Shown: positions 10,849-19,152, numbered from the stretch's first letter. The stretch is 32,000 nucleotides of DNA from Methylonatrum kenyense (GCF_023195885.1 NZ_JALPKO010000010.1:4665-36664), one strand, 5' to 3'. Numbers and translations are program-made. The notes: a model not told the origin generated them from the sequence alone.

Positions 10849-12813
10849 ATGAGCCTGACTGCCCGACTCGCGAAACTGCCCCGGCCGGCAAAGAAGTCAC
10901 TGATGGTGGCCACCGATCTGGTGATGCTACCCATCGCCGTATGGGCCGCCTTCATGCTGCGCCTGGGCGAGGCATTCCCGCCGGTACTGGTCGAGTTGTG
11001 GTGGCTCCTGATAGCCGTGCCACTGCTGAGTCTGCCCTGTCTGGCTTCAACCGGTCTGTATCGCTCGGTTGTGCGCTACATGGGTCCGCAGGCCGTGTGG
11101 GCCGTGGTCAAGGGCACCACCGTTGCCGCAATCTGCTTCGCCGCGCTGGTTACGCTGGCGCGGCTCGACGGCGTGCCGCGCACCACGTTCTGGCTTTTCT
11201 GGATGATGGCGCTGCTGGGTGTCGGTGGCACCCGGATACTGGCCCGCATGTGGTTCCAGTCTGCGCTGCGCAGTGTTCGGATCCGGCGTGAACCGGTTGC
11301 CGTGTACGGCGCGGGTAATGCCGGGGTCCAGCTTGCCGCAGCGCTGGAGAGTGGCCGTGAGTACCAGCCGAAGGTGTTCGTTGACGATAACCGGTCGATG
11401 CAGGGCACGCTGGTCAACGGGCTGCGCGTACACCATCCGACCGCCCTCAAACACCTGATTCAAAAGCACCGAATCAGTAGCGTACTGCTTGCCCTGCCGA
11501 GCCTGTCGCGGCACCGCCGGCGCCAGATTGTCGAGAGCCTGGAAGAGTTGCCGGTGCAGGTGAAGACGGTGCCGACGGTCACCGATCTGGTGGCTGGCCA
11601 CGCGCGCATCGACGATATCCGCGAGGTCGGCATCGATGACCTGCTGGGGCGGGATCCGGTGAAGCCGTCGATGAAGCTGCTGAACCGCTGCATCAAGGAT
11701 CGTCGTGTTTTGGTAACCGGCGCTGGCGGCTCCATCGGGTCGGAGCTCTGCCGGCAGATTCTGCGCCGCAATCCGCGCACGCTGGTGATGCTGGATCAAT
11801 CCGAGGTCGGGCTGTACCAGATCGAACGCGAGCTGGAGGCCATTGCCACGGTCGAATCGCTTGATACCAGCCTTGTGCCGCTGCTGGGCAATGTCCAGGA
11901 CGAGACGCGTCTTCGTCGGATCATGAAGGAGTTCGCAGTCGAGACCGTGTATCACTCGGCAGCGTATAAACACGTGCCCATTGTCGAGCAGAACCTGCTT
12001 GAGGGCGTGAAGAACAACGTGTTCGGAACCCAGGCGGCGGCCTCGGCGGCAATTGCCTCGGGCGTACGCTGGTTCGTGCTGGTTTCCACGGACAAGGCGG
12101 TTCGGCCGACCAACGTCATGGGTGCCAGCAAGCGGCTGGCGGAACTCACCTTGCAGGCACTCGCCGCCGACACCGGGTCACGCACCGTATTCAGCATGGT
12201 CCGGTTCGGCAACGTGCTGGACTCCAGCGGATCCGTGGTGCCGATTTTCCGGGATCAGATCCGCCGCGGTGGGCCGGTGACGGTTACCCATAGGGACATG
12301 ACGCGGTACTTCATGACCATCCCGGAGGCCGCGAGCCTGGTGATTCAGGCGGGTGCCATGGCACAGGGCGGGGATGTGTTCGTGCTGGATATGGGCGAGC
12401 CGGTGAAAGTGCTGGATCTGGCGCAGCGCATGATTCGCCTGAGCGGTCTGCAGGTACGGGACAAGGGCCATCCCGAAGGCGACATCGAGATCAAGTTCAC
12501 CGGTATCCGCCCCGGCGAGAAACTGTTCGAGGAACTGCTGATAGGCGAGAACGTCACGGGCACCGATCACCCGATGATCATGCGCGCGAAGGAAAAACGC
12601 CTGCCGAAATCGGAAATCGACCGCGTGATGGCGGAATTGCGGCAAGCCGCCGAGACGTTCGACTGCAACGCGGCACACCTGGTGCTGCAACAGGCGGTTG
12701 ACGGTTTCGACAGTCGTCATGGCGTCAGTGACACCTTGTGGCGCCAGTCATTGAGTACCACCCCCGAGGCGGTGATCCCCTTCCCTGCTGACCGCCATAG
12801 CCGCGTCGATTAA
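10849..12813 (+). CDS. Membrane-anchored nucleotide-sugar 4,6-dehydratase/epimerase (CapD/WbpM/PglF family)
   Basis: A 654-aa product with N-terminal TM helices, then VLVTGAGGSIGSELCRQI (Rossmann) and YHSAAYKHVPIVE (YxxxK), typical of WbpM/CapD polysaccharide biosynthesis proteins. Confidence 0.9.
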   Translation: MSLTARLAKLPRPAKKSLMVATDLVMLPIAVWAAFMLRLGEAFPPVLVELWWLLIAVPLLSLPCLASTGLYRSVVRYMGPQAVWAVVKGTTVAAICFAALVTLARLDGVPRTTFWLFWMMALLGVGGTRILARMWFQSALRSVRIRREPVAVYGAGNAGVQLAAALESGREYQPKVFVDDNRSMQGTLVNGLRVHHPTALKHLIQKHRISSVLLALPSLSRHRRRQIVESLEELPVQVKTVPTVTDLVAGHARIDDIREVGIDDLLGRDPVKPSMKLLNRCIKDRRVLVTGAGGSIGSELCRQILRRNPRTLVMLDQSEVGLYQIERELEAIATVESLDTSLVPLLGNVQDETRLRRIMKEFAVETVYHSAAYKHVPIVEQNLLEGVKNNVFGTQAAASAAIASGVRWFVLVSTDKAVRPTNVMGASKRLAELTLQALAADTGSRTVFSMVRFGNVLDSSGSVVPIFRDQIRRGGPVTVTHRDMTRYFMTIPEAASLVIQAGAMAQGGDVFVLDMGEPVKVLDLAQRMIRLSGLQVRDKGHPEGDIEIKFTGIRPGEKLFEELLIGENVTGTDHPMIMRAKEKRLPKSEIDRVMAELRQAAETFDCNAAHLVLQQAVDGFDSRHGVSDTLWRQSLSTTPEAVIPFPADRHSRVD

Positions 12814-12867
12814 AGATTCGCGGACGCGGCGGATCCAACCGGCGAGCCCCGCACCGGCGCGGTTTTC

Positions 12868-12908
12868 GTAGGGTGCGTTAAGCGCAGCGAATGCACGCAG
12901 TGTGATCC
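12868..12908 (+). repeat. REP copy (single)
   Basis: GTAGGGTGCGTTAAGCGCAGCGAATGCACGCAGTGTGATCC, forward orientation, with one G:T-type mismatch in the stem. Confidence 0.85.
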
Positions 12909-13036
12909 GAATCGGCGATGGGAAACCGCCTGACGGCTCCACGCCAACTCATTCGGTGGGATCCGACTTATACCGCAGAAGCCCAGCCCCTTGGGGCGAT
13001 CCCGCGGCAAAGTCGCCGGCAAACACTAAACAACGC

Positions 13037-13062
13037 AAAAAACGGCGGCCCGAAGACCGCCG
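13037..13062 (-). terminator. Rho-independent terminator of the acidic lipoprotein gene
   Basis: CGGCGG-cccgaaga-CCGCCG hairpin. On the minus strand it is followed by TTTTTT (the plus-strand A-run at 13037..13042), about 30 nt past the stop at 13091. Confidence 0.75.
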
Positions 13063-13090
13063 CTTTCACTCTCACATGAAGTAGTGCCGG

Positions 13091-14344
13091 TCAGTTGCCC
13101 AGCAGGCCCCCGAGTAGATCATCGATCAGACCACCGAGGATGCCGTCCACCAGACCAAGCAGGTCGGCCAACAGGTTGCTGTCAGCTTCCAACAGGTCCC
13201 CCAGGACCTCGCCGAGCGGACTGTCGTTATCGAGGATGTCTTCCAGCAGTCCCGCATCCAGCAGGTCCAGCGCGTCCGTCCCCAGCAGGTCTTCGACAAC
13301 ACCTTCCACCGATTCGGTCAGCGTCTCGAGAATCTGATCCGGATCACCGCTCTGCAGCGCCGCGCCAACATCGTCCAGGATCGCCTGGACGCCGGCCAGG
13401 GCATCGTCGTCGACGATGTCATCGAGTTCACCGTCGAGTCCCAACACGTTGTTGAGTAGACCGTCGAGCAAATCCTCGATCAAAACGCCGGTGGCTTCGA
13501 GCACATCCCCGAAGAACTCGTTGCCGTCAATCAACTCGACCACCGCAATGGTGTTCAGGACCGTGGTGTTTACGACTTCGATCAGGTTTCGGTAAAGGTC
13601 GGCAGTTTCCTCGTTGCCCGCGATCTCAGCCCGCAGGTCCTCGGTCAGAACGGAGAGCTCCTCAAGCACCTCCTGCAGCGCATTGACAGTGGTGATGTCC
13701 GCGAACGTGTCTCCGCGCGCGAAGAGGATCAGATCGTCAAGGCTATCGAGCCCGATGTCGTCGATCTCATCCGGCGCAGCGACCATCTCGCCGCAAGTCC
13801 CGCTTCCGCCGAGGGCCAGCAGCAAGCCGTCCAGGAACCGGTTGGTGGCGACATCCAGTTGCCGCCCGGCATCCACTGCCGCCTCGTCCAGATCGGCGAC
13901 GTTCTGCTGATGCTGATAATCGCCCAGAAATGTGGCAAGCAGCGCGTCCGGCGAATCGACCAGCGCCGCAAGCCCCTGCGAAATGCAGACTGTGCCGTCG
14001 GCCAGGTCGTCTTCCGCGCCGGTACCGGTATCCAGATCGCGGATGATTCCCTCGGCAAGAATGTCTTCGAGCAGGAAGGCCGTCAGCGTCTGCGCCGGGT
14101 CCAGCGGCCCGGCGAGACCTTCCGGCGCATCGCCGTTGTCCCCGTCGCCATTCTCGCCGTTGCCGTTGTCGCCACCGTTATCGCCGTTGCCGTCCAGGCC
14201 GTCATCGCCATTCTCAACCTGGCCATTGTCGTCGCCGCTCCCGGACGAGCTGCTGCCGCCGCTGCTGCTGCCGCCGCATCCGGCCAGTGCGAGCGGCACG
14301 GCCAGTGCAAGGCAGAGCAGTAGGTATCGAACAGATGTATTCAT
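13091..14344 (-). CDS. Secreted lipoprotein, extremely acidic and lysine-free, with a G/S/D/N-rich N-terminal low-complexity region
   Basis: MNTSVRYLLLCLALAVPLALAGC is a lipoprotein signal with an L-A-G-C lipobox. GGGGA lies just upstream of ATG 14344 and a terminator lies downstream. The rest is D/E/L/G-rich, and I find no K anywhere in the translated ORF. Confidence 0.7.
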   Translation of the reverse strand: MNTSVRYLLLCLALAVPLALAGCGGSSSGGSSSSGSGDDNGQVENGDDGLDGNGDNGGDNGNGENGDGDNGDAPEGLAGPLDPAQTLTAFLLEDILAEGIIRDLDTGTGAEDDLADGTVCISQGLAALVDSPDALLATFLGDYQHQQNVADLDEAAVDAGRQLDVATNRFLDGLLLALGGSGTCGEMVAAPDEIDDIGLDSLDDLILFARGDTFADITTVNALQEVLEELSVLTEDLRAEIAGNEETADLYRNLIEVVNTTVLNTIAVVELIDGNEFFGDVLEATGVLIEDLLDGLLNNVLGLDGELDDIVDDDALAGVQAILDDVGAALQSGDPDQILETLTESVEGVVEDLLGTDALDLLDAGLLEDILDNDSPLGEVLGDLLEADSNLLADLLGLVDGILGGLIDDLLGGLLGN

Positions 14345-14377
14345 TGTCCCCACCCCTGTTTTCGTTTTCCGTTAGCC

Positions 14378-14397
14378 AGCGTGTCAGCTGACACGCT
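14378..14397. promoter_or_regulatory. Perfect 20-bp palindrome upstream of the lipoprotein gene (candidate operator)
   Basis: AGCGTGTCAG|CTGACACGCT read directly. It is 34 nt upstream of the ATG at 14344 on the minus strand. Confidence 0.35.
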
Positions 14398-14604
14398 TAA
14401 GTCCGACGCTATACGGAGGCGGGCCGTTTGGATGCGCCTACTTTAGGGGTCGATCGAAAGGCGTAATCCCGACAACAAATTGACGCTTTGCCAAAGAGTT
14501 ACGAGCAAGGCCAGGCAGGACAAGGGGTGGCCGTCAGCCGCCAGACCACGGCCAGGCCGCGCACAATGGGAGTGCAGGGGTGAGACGTACGTCTAAAGTA
14601 TTGC

Positions 14605-14705
14605 GGACACCGCGCGGGTCCGCTGCGCTTGATCCACCCTACGAAAGCTTGGCCGGCTCGGGCCGCGTAGGGTGGATCAAGCGCAGCGGATCCACGCCGT
14701 GTCAT
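14605..14705. repeat. REP cluster E (convergent pair)
   Basis: Copies at 14605..14642 (rev, hybrid stem GCGGGTC/GATCCAC, mismatched) and 14667..14705 (fwd, GGATC subtype), separated by 24 nt. Confidence 0.85.
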
Positions 14706-14795
14706 TCGGCCAGAAGATAGGAAAAAGCCTGCGGCCAACCACGCCATCGGAGTCCAGTCCGTTGGCGACAAGCGAGCGCCGGAACGCGAACCGAA

Positions 14796-15206
14796 CTAGA
14801 TAAGCCCCGACATCGCTTTCGCGAATTGGCGGAAATCTTCCAGGCCCGCGTGGCTTATGCCATGAACGATGGCCCAGTTGATGTCCTGATACTGGTGAAC
14901 AGCCACATTGCGGAAGCCGACCGCAGCACGCATCCGGTCTCTGACCTCCGGTGTGATTACGCCTTCCGCGGCCAGAAGGTCGAACGCTTCGCCCATGGAT
15001 TGCGGCGCTGGCTGGTCGGTGTCGCTTAGCACATGTGCTGCCATATGCACGCAGAGTTGTACTGCCCGGCTGATGTTCAGGCTCAGGATATCCTGCCGGT
15101 CTGGGTCCTCCGCCAGGGCGTCGGCCGACGCAGCACGTTTTTCCTCAAGCCGTCTGACGCAGCGACGTAACGACTCCAGCTTTTCCGCCAGGATCACGGA
15201 ATCCAT
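14796..15206 (-). CDS. hepT: HepT-type HEPN toxin (DUF86 family)
   Basis: A 136-aa product with the R-x4-H HEPN motif in GFRNVAVHQYQ. It overlaps the upstream nucleotidyltransferase gene by 13 nt. Confidence 0.85.
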   Translation of the reverse strand: MDSVILAEKLESLRRCVRRLEEKRAASADALAEDPDRQDILSLNISRAVQLCVHMAAHVLSDTDQPAPQSMGEAFDLLAAEGVITPEVRDRMRAAVGFRNVAVHQYQDINWAIVHGISHAGLEDFRQFAKAMSGLI

Positions 15207-15604
15207 GCGTTACGACGCTCTTGAAGCATTCGACTGCGGTAGGGTTCGAAGTCGGCGTTATCCAGTAGCATTCTGGAGACAAGCCCGGCGTAAGCCGCCT
15301 GATCCTTGCACAAAATCCGTTTTCCGCCAGCCAGCGCGGACCGCAGGACCGGAAGCCCGGCGGTGCGCAAGTCCACCAGATCCACCGGCCGGCCTGCTTC
15401 CGCTGCCAACTGCCGAATCAGGCGTGCGCGCCGTTCGGCTGACAAGGGTGACCTGCCAAGCACTGCGACATCCAAATCGCTCTCGGGACCATGGTGACCG
15501 GAACCAACAGAACCGAAAACAATTGCCACCAGGACGTTCTCGTCCGCCGAGACCACTTCACGGACACGGTCGAGCACCATCGTCGAATCGCGCAACTCGC
15601 TCAT
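15194..15604 (-). CDS. mntA: MntA-type minimal nucleotidyltransferase antitoxin
   Basis: MSELRDSTMVLDRV...VAIVFGSVGSGHHGPESDLDVAV carries the GSxxxG...DxD nucleotidyltransferase motif. The start is set at ATG 15604, because the upstream part of ORF 15194..15739 is REP sequence. Confidence 0.85.
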   Translation of the reverse strand: MSELRDSTMVLDRVREVVSADENVLVAIVFGSVGSGHHGPESDLDVAVLGRSPLSAERRARLIRQLAAEAGRPVDLVDLRTAGLPVLRSALAGGKRILCKDQAAYAGLVSRMLLDNADFEPYRSRMLQERRNAWIP

Positions 15605-15644
15605 GCCCGGAGTATACAGGCTCGCTCGGTGCCGGATCGCCAAG

Positions 15645-15882
15645 GGATGACACCGCGCGGATCCGCTTCGCTCGATCCACCCTACGAACACATCGTCGAC
15701 TGCCAGCCTCGTAGGGTGCATTAAGCGGAGCGAATGCACGCGGTGTCACCCCTCATGATGTTGGCAACAGGCTCTCGGTTACCACGCCACCACGGCTTTC
15801 CCTGGCTGTGTCTGGTCCGAAAACCTTCGTTGTCCCGTCCCTGATCACACGGCGCGGATCCGCTTCGCTCGATCCACCCTAC
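15645..15882. repeat. REP cluster F (3 copies)
   Basis: Copies at 15645..15685 (rev), 15711..15750 (fwd, GCATT, followed by the GGCAACAGGCTCTCGGTTACCACG flank also seen at 7545-7570) and 15843..15882 (rev, preceded by GGTCCGAAAACCTTCGTTGTCCC). Confidence 0.9.
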
Positions 15883-16013
15883 GAAGACAACGTCTCGCAA
15901 CCGGGGGCCAACTCCACTAGGCTTGCTTTGAATGCAAATAAAAAGGTGCCATGCCACTATCGCGGCCTTCGCCCGCAACACCGCAAATAACGACAATCAC
16001 GAATCACGCCGCC

Positions 16014-16574
16014 ATGCCACGACAGATAAACCACCTGCCCGTCCTCGCGATTATCGTTATCGCGCTCGTCACCATGAACGCTACCCATGCCGATGACCGA
16101 TTCCCTGAAGTGGAGACCAGCATCGGCGTCGGCCTCGCGGCCGGCATGCAGACGTATGATTCCGGTGGCAGCAATGGCACCAGCGGCGCGGTTCAGATCA
16201 CCTACCGCGCGCTGATCGAGAACGACTGGGATGGCCGCTGGCTGTTCGAGCTGGGTTTTGAACATGCGCGCTCGCTCTCCAAGCCGGAAATCCCGGACGA
16301 GGGCCGTGACCGGCAGATCACCTCGAACGGCATCTTCTACCGGCAGAGCTGGGTGAGTCAGGGTGGATTCTACGTCGGCGGCCGGTTGGGCATCGCCCGG
16401 GTTCGCGGTACGCGTGAAAAGCGGGGCGAACTTGATATCGTTGTCGGTCTGCAGGGCGGCTACCGTTTTACTGACCGATTCGAGGCAGGCATCGAGGCCG
16501 TGGTGGCCGAACCCAGCCTCGGTGACGGCATCAAGCCAGGCGACCTGCGCGGCGTTGTTACCGTCAGCTTCTAA
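16014..16574 (+). CDS. Small outer-membrane beta-barrel protein (OmpW/OmpA-beta-barrel-like)
   Basis: MPRQINHLPVLAIIVIALVTMNATHA is a signal peptide. It is followed by alternating hydrophobic beta-strand patterns and a C-terminal ...VVTVSF (terminal Phe). Confidence 0.6.
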   Translation: MPRQINHLPVLAIIVIALVTMNATHADDRFPEVETSIGVGLAAGMQTYDSGGSNGTSGAVQITYRALIENDWDGRWLFELGFEHARSLSKPEIPDEGRDRQITSNGIFYRQSWVSQGGFYVGGRLGIARVRGTREKRGELDIVVGLQGGYRFTDRFEAGIEAVVAEPSLGDGIKPGDLRGVVTVSF

Positions 16575-16603
16575 ACCCTATAAGGCGCTGCGATTCTGCC
16601 AGC

Positions 16604-16840
16604 GGATCACACCGCGCGGATCCGCTGCGCTCGATCCGCCCTACGAAGCCGGCAGCCGCTCGCTCCGGCCTTGCGTGGTGCGAACACCTTTCTTGTCCGA
16701 AAACCTTCGTTTCCCCGCCAACAAGTCACACCGCGCGGATCCGCTGCGCTTGATCCGCCCTACGCGGTACCACGCGGCACCGGGCCGCGATCGGGATTCG
16801 TAGGGTGTATTAAGCGCAGCGAATGCACGCGGTGTGATCC
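16604..16840. repeat. REP cluster G (3 copies; includes a composite doublet)
   Basis: Copies at 16604..16644 (rev), 16724..16763 (rev) and 16800..16840 (fwd, GCATT-like). The stretch 16724..16840 is collinear with 7418..7534, including the spacer ...CGGCACCGGGCCG..ATCGGGATTC. Confidence 0.9.
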
Positions 16841-16936
16841 CGTAGAATGTGGTGCCATCACCCGCCGTCTTGCGTAACCTCCAGAACACGACTACCCTTC
16901 CGTTCACTCATTGAACAAACGCCTTGGTGCCCCCCC

Positions 16937-17278
16937 TTGCTCACCGATGACCTCCGCTTCAAGGCCCTGAAGCATGTGCAGGACAACCCGCAGCTCACCC
17001 AGCGCGAACTGGCGGGGCTGCTGGGCGTGAGCCTGGGGCGCACCAACTACTGCCTGCAGGCGCTGATCGAGAAGGGCCTGCTCAAGGCGGCCAACTTCCG
17101 CAACAGCAAGAACAAGCGGGCGTATATGTACAAGCTCACGCCCAGCGGGCTGCGCGAGAAAACCGCCCTGGCGGTTCGTTTCATCAAGCGCAAGGAACTG
17201 GAACGACAGGCGCTGCTCGGCGAGATCGCCGAATTGCAGCGCGAACTTGAGCAGCAGCCGGCGGAGGAAAAAGCGTGA
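16937..17278 (+). CDS. EPS-associated MarR-family transcriptional regulator
   Basis: LTDDLRFKALKHVQDNPQLTQRELAGLLGVSLGRTNYCLQALIEKGLLKAANFRNSKNKRAYMYKLTPSG matches the small MarR_EPS-type winged-helix regulators. There is no in-frame ATG, so a TTG at 16937 is proposed as the start (uncertain). Confidence 0.75.
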   Translation: MLTDDLRFKALKHVQDNPQLTQRELAGLLGVSLGRTNYCLQALIEKGLLKAANFRNSKNKRAYMYKLTPSGLREKTALAVRFIKRKELERQALLGEIAELQRELEQQPAEEKA

Positions 17279-17775
17279 AACGCTGGTACGCCGCACAATG
17301 CAAGCCGCTGCAGGACGAACGTGCCGAATTCAACCTGGCGGCGCAGGGTTTCGAGGTTTTGCGGCCGCTGGCCAAGGTCCGCAAACGTCGCCGCGGCAAG
17401 GTCTGCACGGTCATCGAATCGCTGTTCCCGCGTTACCTGTTCGTGCATCTGGACGATGTAGCCGAAAACTGGGCGCCGATCCGTTCAACGCTTGGTGTCG
17501 CGGGGCTGGTTCGCTTTGGTGGCCGGGCCGTCGCGGTGCCCGGACGGATGATCCACGACATTCGCTGTCGCCTGCAGGGCACAGATTGCTGTGTCGATCT
17601 CACCGGCCAGAATACGATTGCGCCGGGCACGAAAGTGACCATTGAAACCGGGGCCTTCGCCGGCCATGAGGCGATCTTCCACGCAAGAAAGGGTGAGGAC
17701 CGCGTGATCGTGCTGCTCAACATCATGCAGCAGACGCAACGTATCACCCTCGACGAAGCCGCCATCGCCCGATAA
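17275..17775 (+). CDS. rfaH: RfaH-like NusG-family transcription antiterminator
   Basis: MKRWYAAQCKPLQDERAEFNLAAQGFEVLRPL...ESLFPRYLFVHLD is the NGN domain. It is followed by a KOW-like GTKVTIETGAFAGHEAIF. The GTG start overlaps the upstream stop (GTGA). Confidence 0.85.
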   Translation: MKRWYAAQCKPLQDERAEFNLAAQGFEVLRPLAKVRKRRRGKVCTVIESLFPRYLFVHLDDVAENWAPIRSTLGVAGLVRFGGRAVAVPGRMIHDIRCRLQGTDCCVDLTGQNTIAPGTKVTIETGAFAGHEAIFHARKGEDRVIVLLNIMQQTQRITLDEAAIAR

Positions 17776-17798
17776 CGCGGTTGGCTTTTAGGGGGTTC

Positions 17799-18190
17799 GT
17801 AGGGTGGATCAAGCGCAGCGGATCCACGCGGTGTGATCCCCGTTGGGAAGCCCCCGGCAGCGTAGGGTGCATTAAGCGAAGCGAATGCACGCGGTGTGAT
17901 CCGTCCCGAACGGCGCCACGCCGGCAACACCGCAATTTCATGGGGGTACACCCCAGGCGGTAGCGTGCCCGAACAAAAAATATCGCCGCCCAATAGCCCG
18001 GGCCCCATGGCTAAAATTGGCCCTCGTAGGGTGGATCAAGCGAAGCGGATCCACGCGGTGTACGCCGCCATGAAAATGCTCCAACGCCCGCGGTCCACGG
18101 CGAACCCACGCGGTGTCATCCGTACGAATTATCCCGCGCATCAGGCCCGCGCAGGGTGCATTGAGCGCAGCGAATGCACGCAGTGTGATC
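17799..18190 (+). repeat. REP cluster H (4 forward copies)
   Basis: Copies at 17799..17839 (GGATC), 17862..17902 (GCATT), 18026..18063 (GGATC, start of a ~100-bp composite unit ending about 18120) and 18151..18190 (GCATT-like). Confidence 0.9.
17956..17967 (+). promoter_or_regulatory. ops element (RfaH recruitment site), exact 12-mer
   Basis: GGCGGTAGCGTG read directly on the + strand, identical to the E. coli ops consensus GGCGGTAGnnTG. It lies 181 nt downstream of rfaH, and all downstream genes to 30345 are on the + strand. Confidence 0.7.
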
Positions 18191-18236
18191 AGCCCGGAAT
18201 CCGCTCCGGCCAGCAAGCAGCCCAAATCACGTGACT

Positions 18237-18285
18237 GTATATGTCAACAACATATACACGCGCTATACTCAAGCGTATATCGAGC
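18237..18285 (+). promoter_or_regulatory. Candidate vapBC promoter/operator (inverted repeats)
   Basis: GTATATG-N7-CATATAC (18237..18257), then TATAC-N6-GTATA (18265..18280) with a TATACT -10-like hexamer at 18264..18269. This is directly upstream of vapB. Confidence 0.4.
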
Positions 18286-18304
18286 ATCAGACGGTAAATG
18301 CGCG

Positions 18305-18535
18305 ATGAGCCAGGCAAGCATCTTCATGAACAACCGCAACCAGGCCGTGAGGCTGCCAAAGGACATGGCGCTGCCCGATGGCGTCCGTCGGGTGGAGGTG
18401 CGGCGTATCGGTCGGGCGCGGCTGATCACGCCTGTTGACGCCGGTTGGGACGACTTTTTCGACGGCCCCGGGGTGAGCGACGATTTCATGTCCGACCGCC
18501 AGCAGCCTCCTGCCCAGGCGCGTGACGACCTTTAA
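18305..18535 (+). CDS. vapB: VapB-type antitoxin (AbrB/SpoVT-like)
   Basis: MSQASIFMNNRNQAVRLPKDMALPDGVRRVEVRRIGRARLITP is a typical VapB/VagC N-terminal DNA-binding domain. The start is set at ATG 18305. Confidence 0.85.
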   Translation: MSQASIFMNNRNQAVRLPKDMALPDGVRRVEVRRIGRARLITPVDAGWDDFFDGPGVSDDFMSDRQQPPAQARDDL

Positions 18536-18570
18536 ATAACCGCCCGGCAGGCTGAAACAGGGAGCGTTTC

Positions 18571-18975
18571 ATGCTGCGCTACATGCTGGACACCAACATC
18601 TGCATTTACGTGCTGAAGCAGCGTCCGCCACAGGTCCGTGACCGATTCAACCGGCACGCTGCACAGCTTTGCACATCGTCCGTTGTTGCTGCGGAACTGT
18701 ACTACGGCGTCGAAAAATCCAGCGCCCCGGCCGGCAATCTTGAACAGGTGGAAGGTTTCCTGGCCCGGCTCGACGTTCTGCCGTTCGATACCCGTGCTGC
18801 CGGGCACTTCGGGCAGATCCGCGCAGCGCTGGAGTCCGACGGGCAGCCCATCGGTGCCTACGATTTCATGATCGCCGCACACGCCCGAAGCCAGGGGCTT
18901 ACCGTCGTCACCAATAACACGCGCGAGTTCGACCGCGTTGGTGGCCTACTGGTCGAAAACTGGGTGCAGGCCTGA
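18571..18975 (+). CDS. vapC: VapC PIN-domain toxin
   Basis: MLRYMLDTNICIYVLKQRP...VVAAELYYG...AYDFMIAAHARSQGLTVVTNNTREF carries the PIN acidic residues. 134 aa. Confidence 0.9.
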   Translation: MLRYMLDTNICIYVLKQRPPQVRDRFNRHAAQLCTSSVVAAELYYGVEKSSAPAGNLEQVEGFLARLDVLPFDTRAAGHFGQIRAALESDGQPIGAYDFMIAAHARSQGLTVVTNNTREFDRVGGLLVENWVQA

Positions 18976-19027
18976 CGCGCCTCACACCGCGCGTACGGGT
19001 CCGGCGCCACCATCGCCCGCGGCCCGC

Positions 19028-19124
19028 GTAGGGTGGATCAAGCGCAGCGGATCCACGCGGTGTACTCCGCCACGAACATGGTCCACCGCTCATGGTTCAC
19101 GGCAAATCCACGCGGTGTGATCCG
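19028..19124 (+). repeat. Composite REP unit (REP plus GTGTACTCCGCC...ATCCACGCGGTGTGATCC extension)
   Basis: Collinear with 18026..18120, 20406..20499 and (truncated) 23096..23165. Confidence 0.85.
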
Positions 19125-19152
19125 TAACGAATGTGAACCCCCGGGAGGCGCC

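Noticed and set aside
13084-14375. Plus-strand ORFs 13084..13455, 13095..13337, 13614..13910, 13859..14323 and 13932..14375, opposite the acidic lipoprotein gene.
   Set aside because: They are low-complexity Pro/Ser/Arg-rich antisense translations of a biased D/E/L/G coding sequence. The minus-strand gene has the signal peptide, RBS and terminator.
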